Of a DNA stretch of 64,000 nt, positions 63,556-64,000 are shown in pieces. Each line of letters opens with the position of its first letter. Position 1 is the stretch's first letter. The notes under the pieces are model-generated. The model was not told the origin of the DNA. It saw nothing but the letters and a program-made list of their open reading frames with translations, and ran no database searches. Source of the DNA: Hemiscyllium ocellatum (taxonomy: Eukaryota); NCBI RefSeq assembly GCF_020745735.1, contig NC_083447.1, forward strand, positions 21,656,755 to 21,720,754, written 5' to 3'. The position numbers and the translations under genes are program-made.

Positions 63556-64000
63556 GCCTAGAGGACAGAGAGATATGGACCGTGTAGAGGCAAAGACTTT
63601 TAGTTTAGAAAAACGTCATATGTCAGTGAAGTCTTGGCAGGCTGCAAGACCAGTTCCAGTGTTGTCCTCTTCTTTGTATTTTATTGAAGCTGTTTATACA
63701 AAGATATAAATATAAGTTACACAAACGCAACGTACGAATATTAAAACATTCGATATTGAAGATTTTTGTCCAAAAATGTTTTTTAAAAACTCGGAAAAAT
63801 ATTGACAAACTGTAACTTGTGTTGTGACAGACGGATCTTAACTATTTAAAGCTTTATTAATGATTTTGTTGAGGAACAATTGTTGCAGTCAAATACAATG
63901 ATACGAAAGCACGCTGTGAGGAAGGACACAAGCAGCCTGCAAATAGATAAAGTTGGTGATGTGGGTGAGGAAACATTTTGGAAGGTAGATTGTGATGTGC

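Larger units (their letters stand above)
40860..64000. repeat. Segmental duplication, copy B (runs off the window end)
   Basis: Same blocks as copy A; V pairs V3/V8, V5/V9, V6/V10 and V7/V11. Confidence 0.9.

Noticed and set aside
1-64000. IgH, IgNAR/NAR-TCR or TAILV identity for the V segments
   Set aside because: WY(R/K)Q and CAW motifs, no octamer promoter seen, and no closely linked D-J clusters as in shark Ig or NAR-TCR cassettes.
1-64000. CRISPR arrays or prokaryotic systems; short 60-130 aa ORFs as genes
   Set aside because: No regularly spaced repeat-spacer array. Most short ORFs map to antisense V exons or repeat fragments, and the rest show no coding signal.

Overview
Vertebrate genomic DNA, very probably from a shark, judged from the V-gene sequences and the repeat families. 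The window is part of a T-cell receptor variable-gene array, most likely TCR beta. I find 11 V segments (V1-V11 in coordinate order), all on the minus strand, each followed by a 23-type RSS. Their motifs (SQTIxQ..., LQLMFYS, TAxRP, CAWS) match the TRBV30 clade by eye. Six look functional (V3, V4, V7, V8, V10, V11). V1 is an open frame with broken structural residues and heptamer. Four are pseudogenes (V2, V5, V6, V9); V2, V5 and V9 are not recognisable in the ORF track. No D, J or C segments were seen. The array is built from an old segmental duplication (copy A ~2.3-33.5 kb, copy B ~40.9-64 kb) with different V losses in each copy. The rest is dense in CR1 LINE fragments, tRNA-derived SINEs, Gypsy pol remnants, solo-LTR-like elements and Penelope-like elements (PLEs). 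The less obvious signals are: (i) minimal type I hammerhead ribozyme motifs in the PLE terminal repeats and in short PLE-derived elements; (ii) a composite PLE insertion that captured a copy of nearby local DNA between inverted hammerhead arms; (iii) co-oriented CTCF-like motifs ~215-230 bp downstream of three V RSSs; (iv) an N-glycosylation sequon next to the position of the canonical Ig-fold Asp, which is itself replaced. All alignments were done by eye. V and RSS coordinates were counted base by base; most repeat boundaries are approximate.
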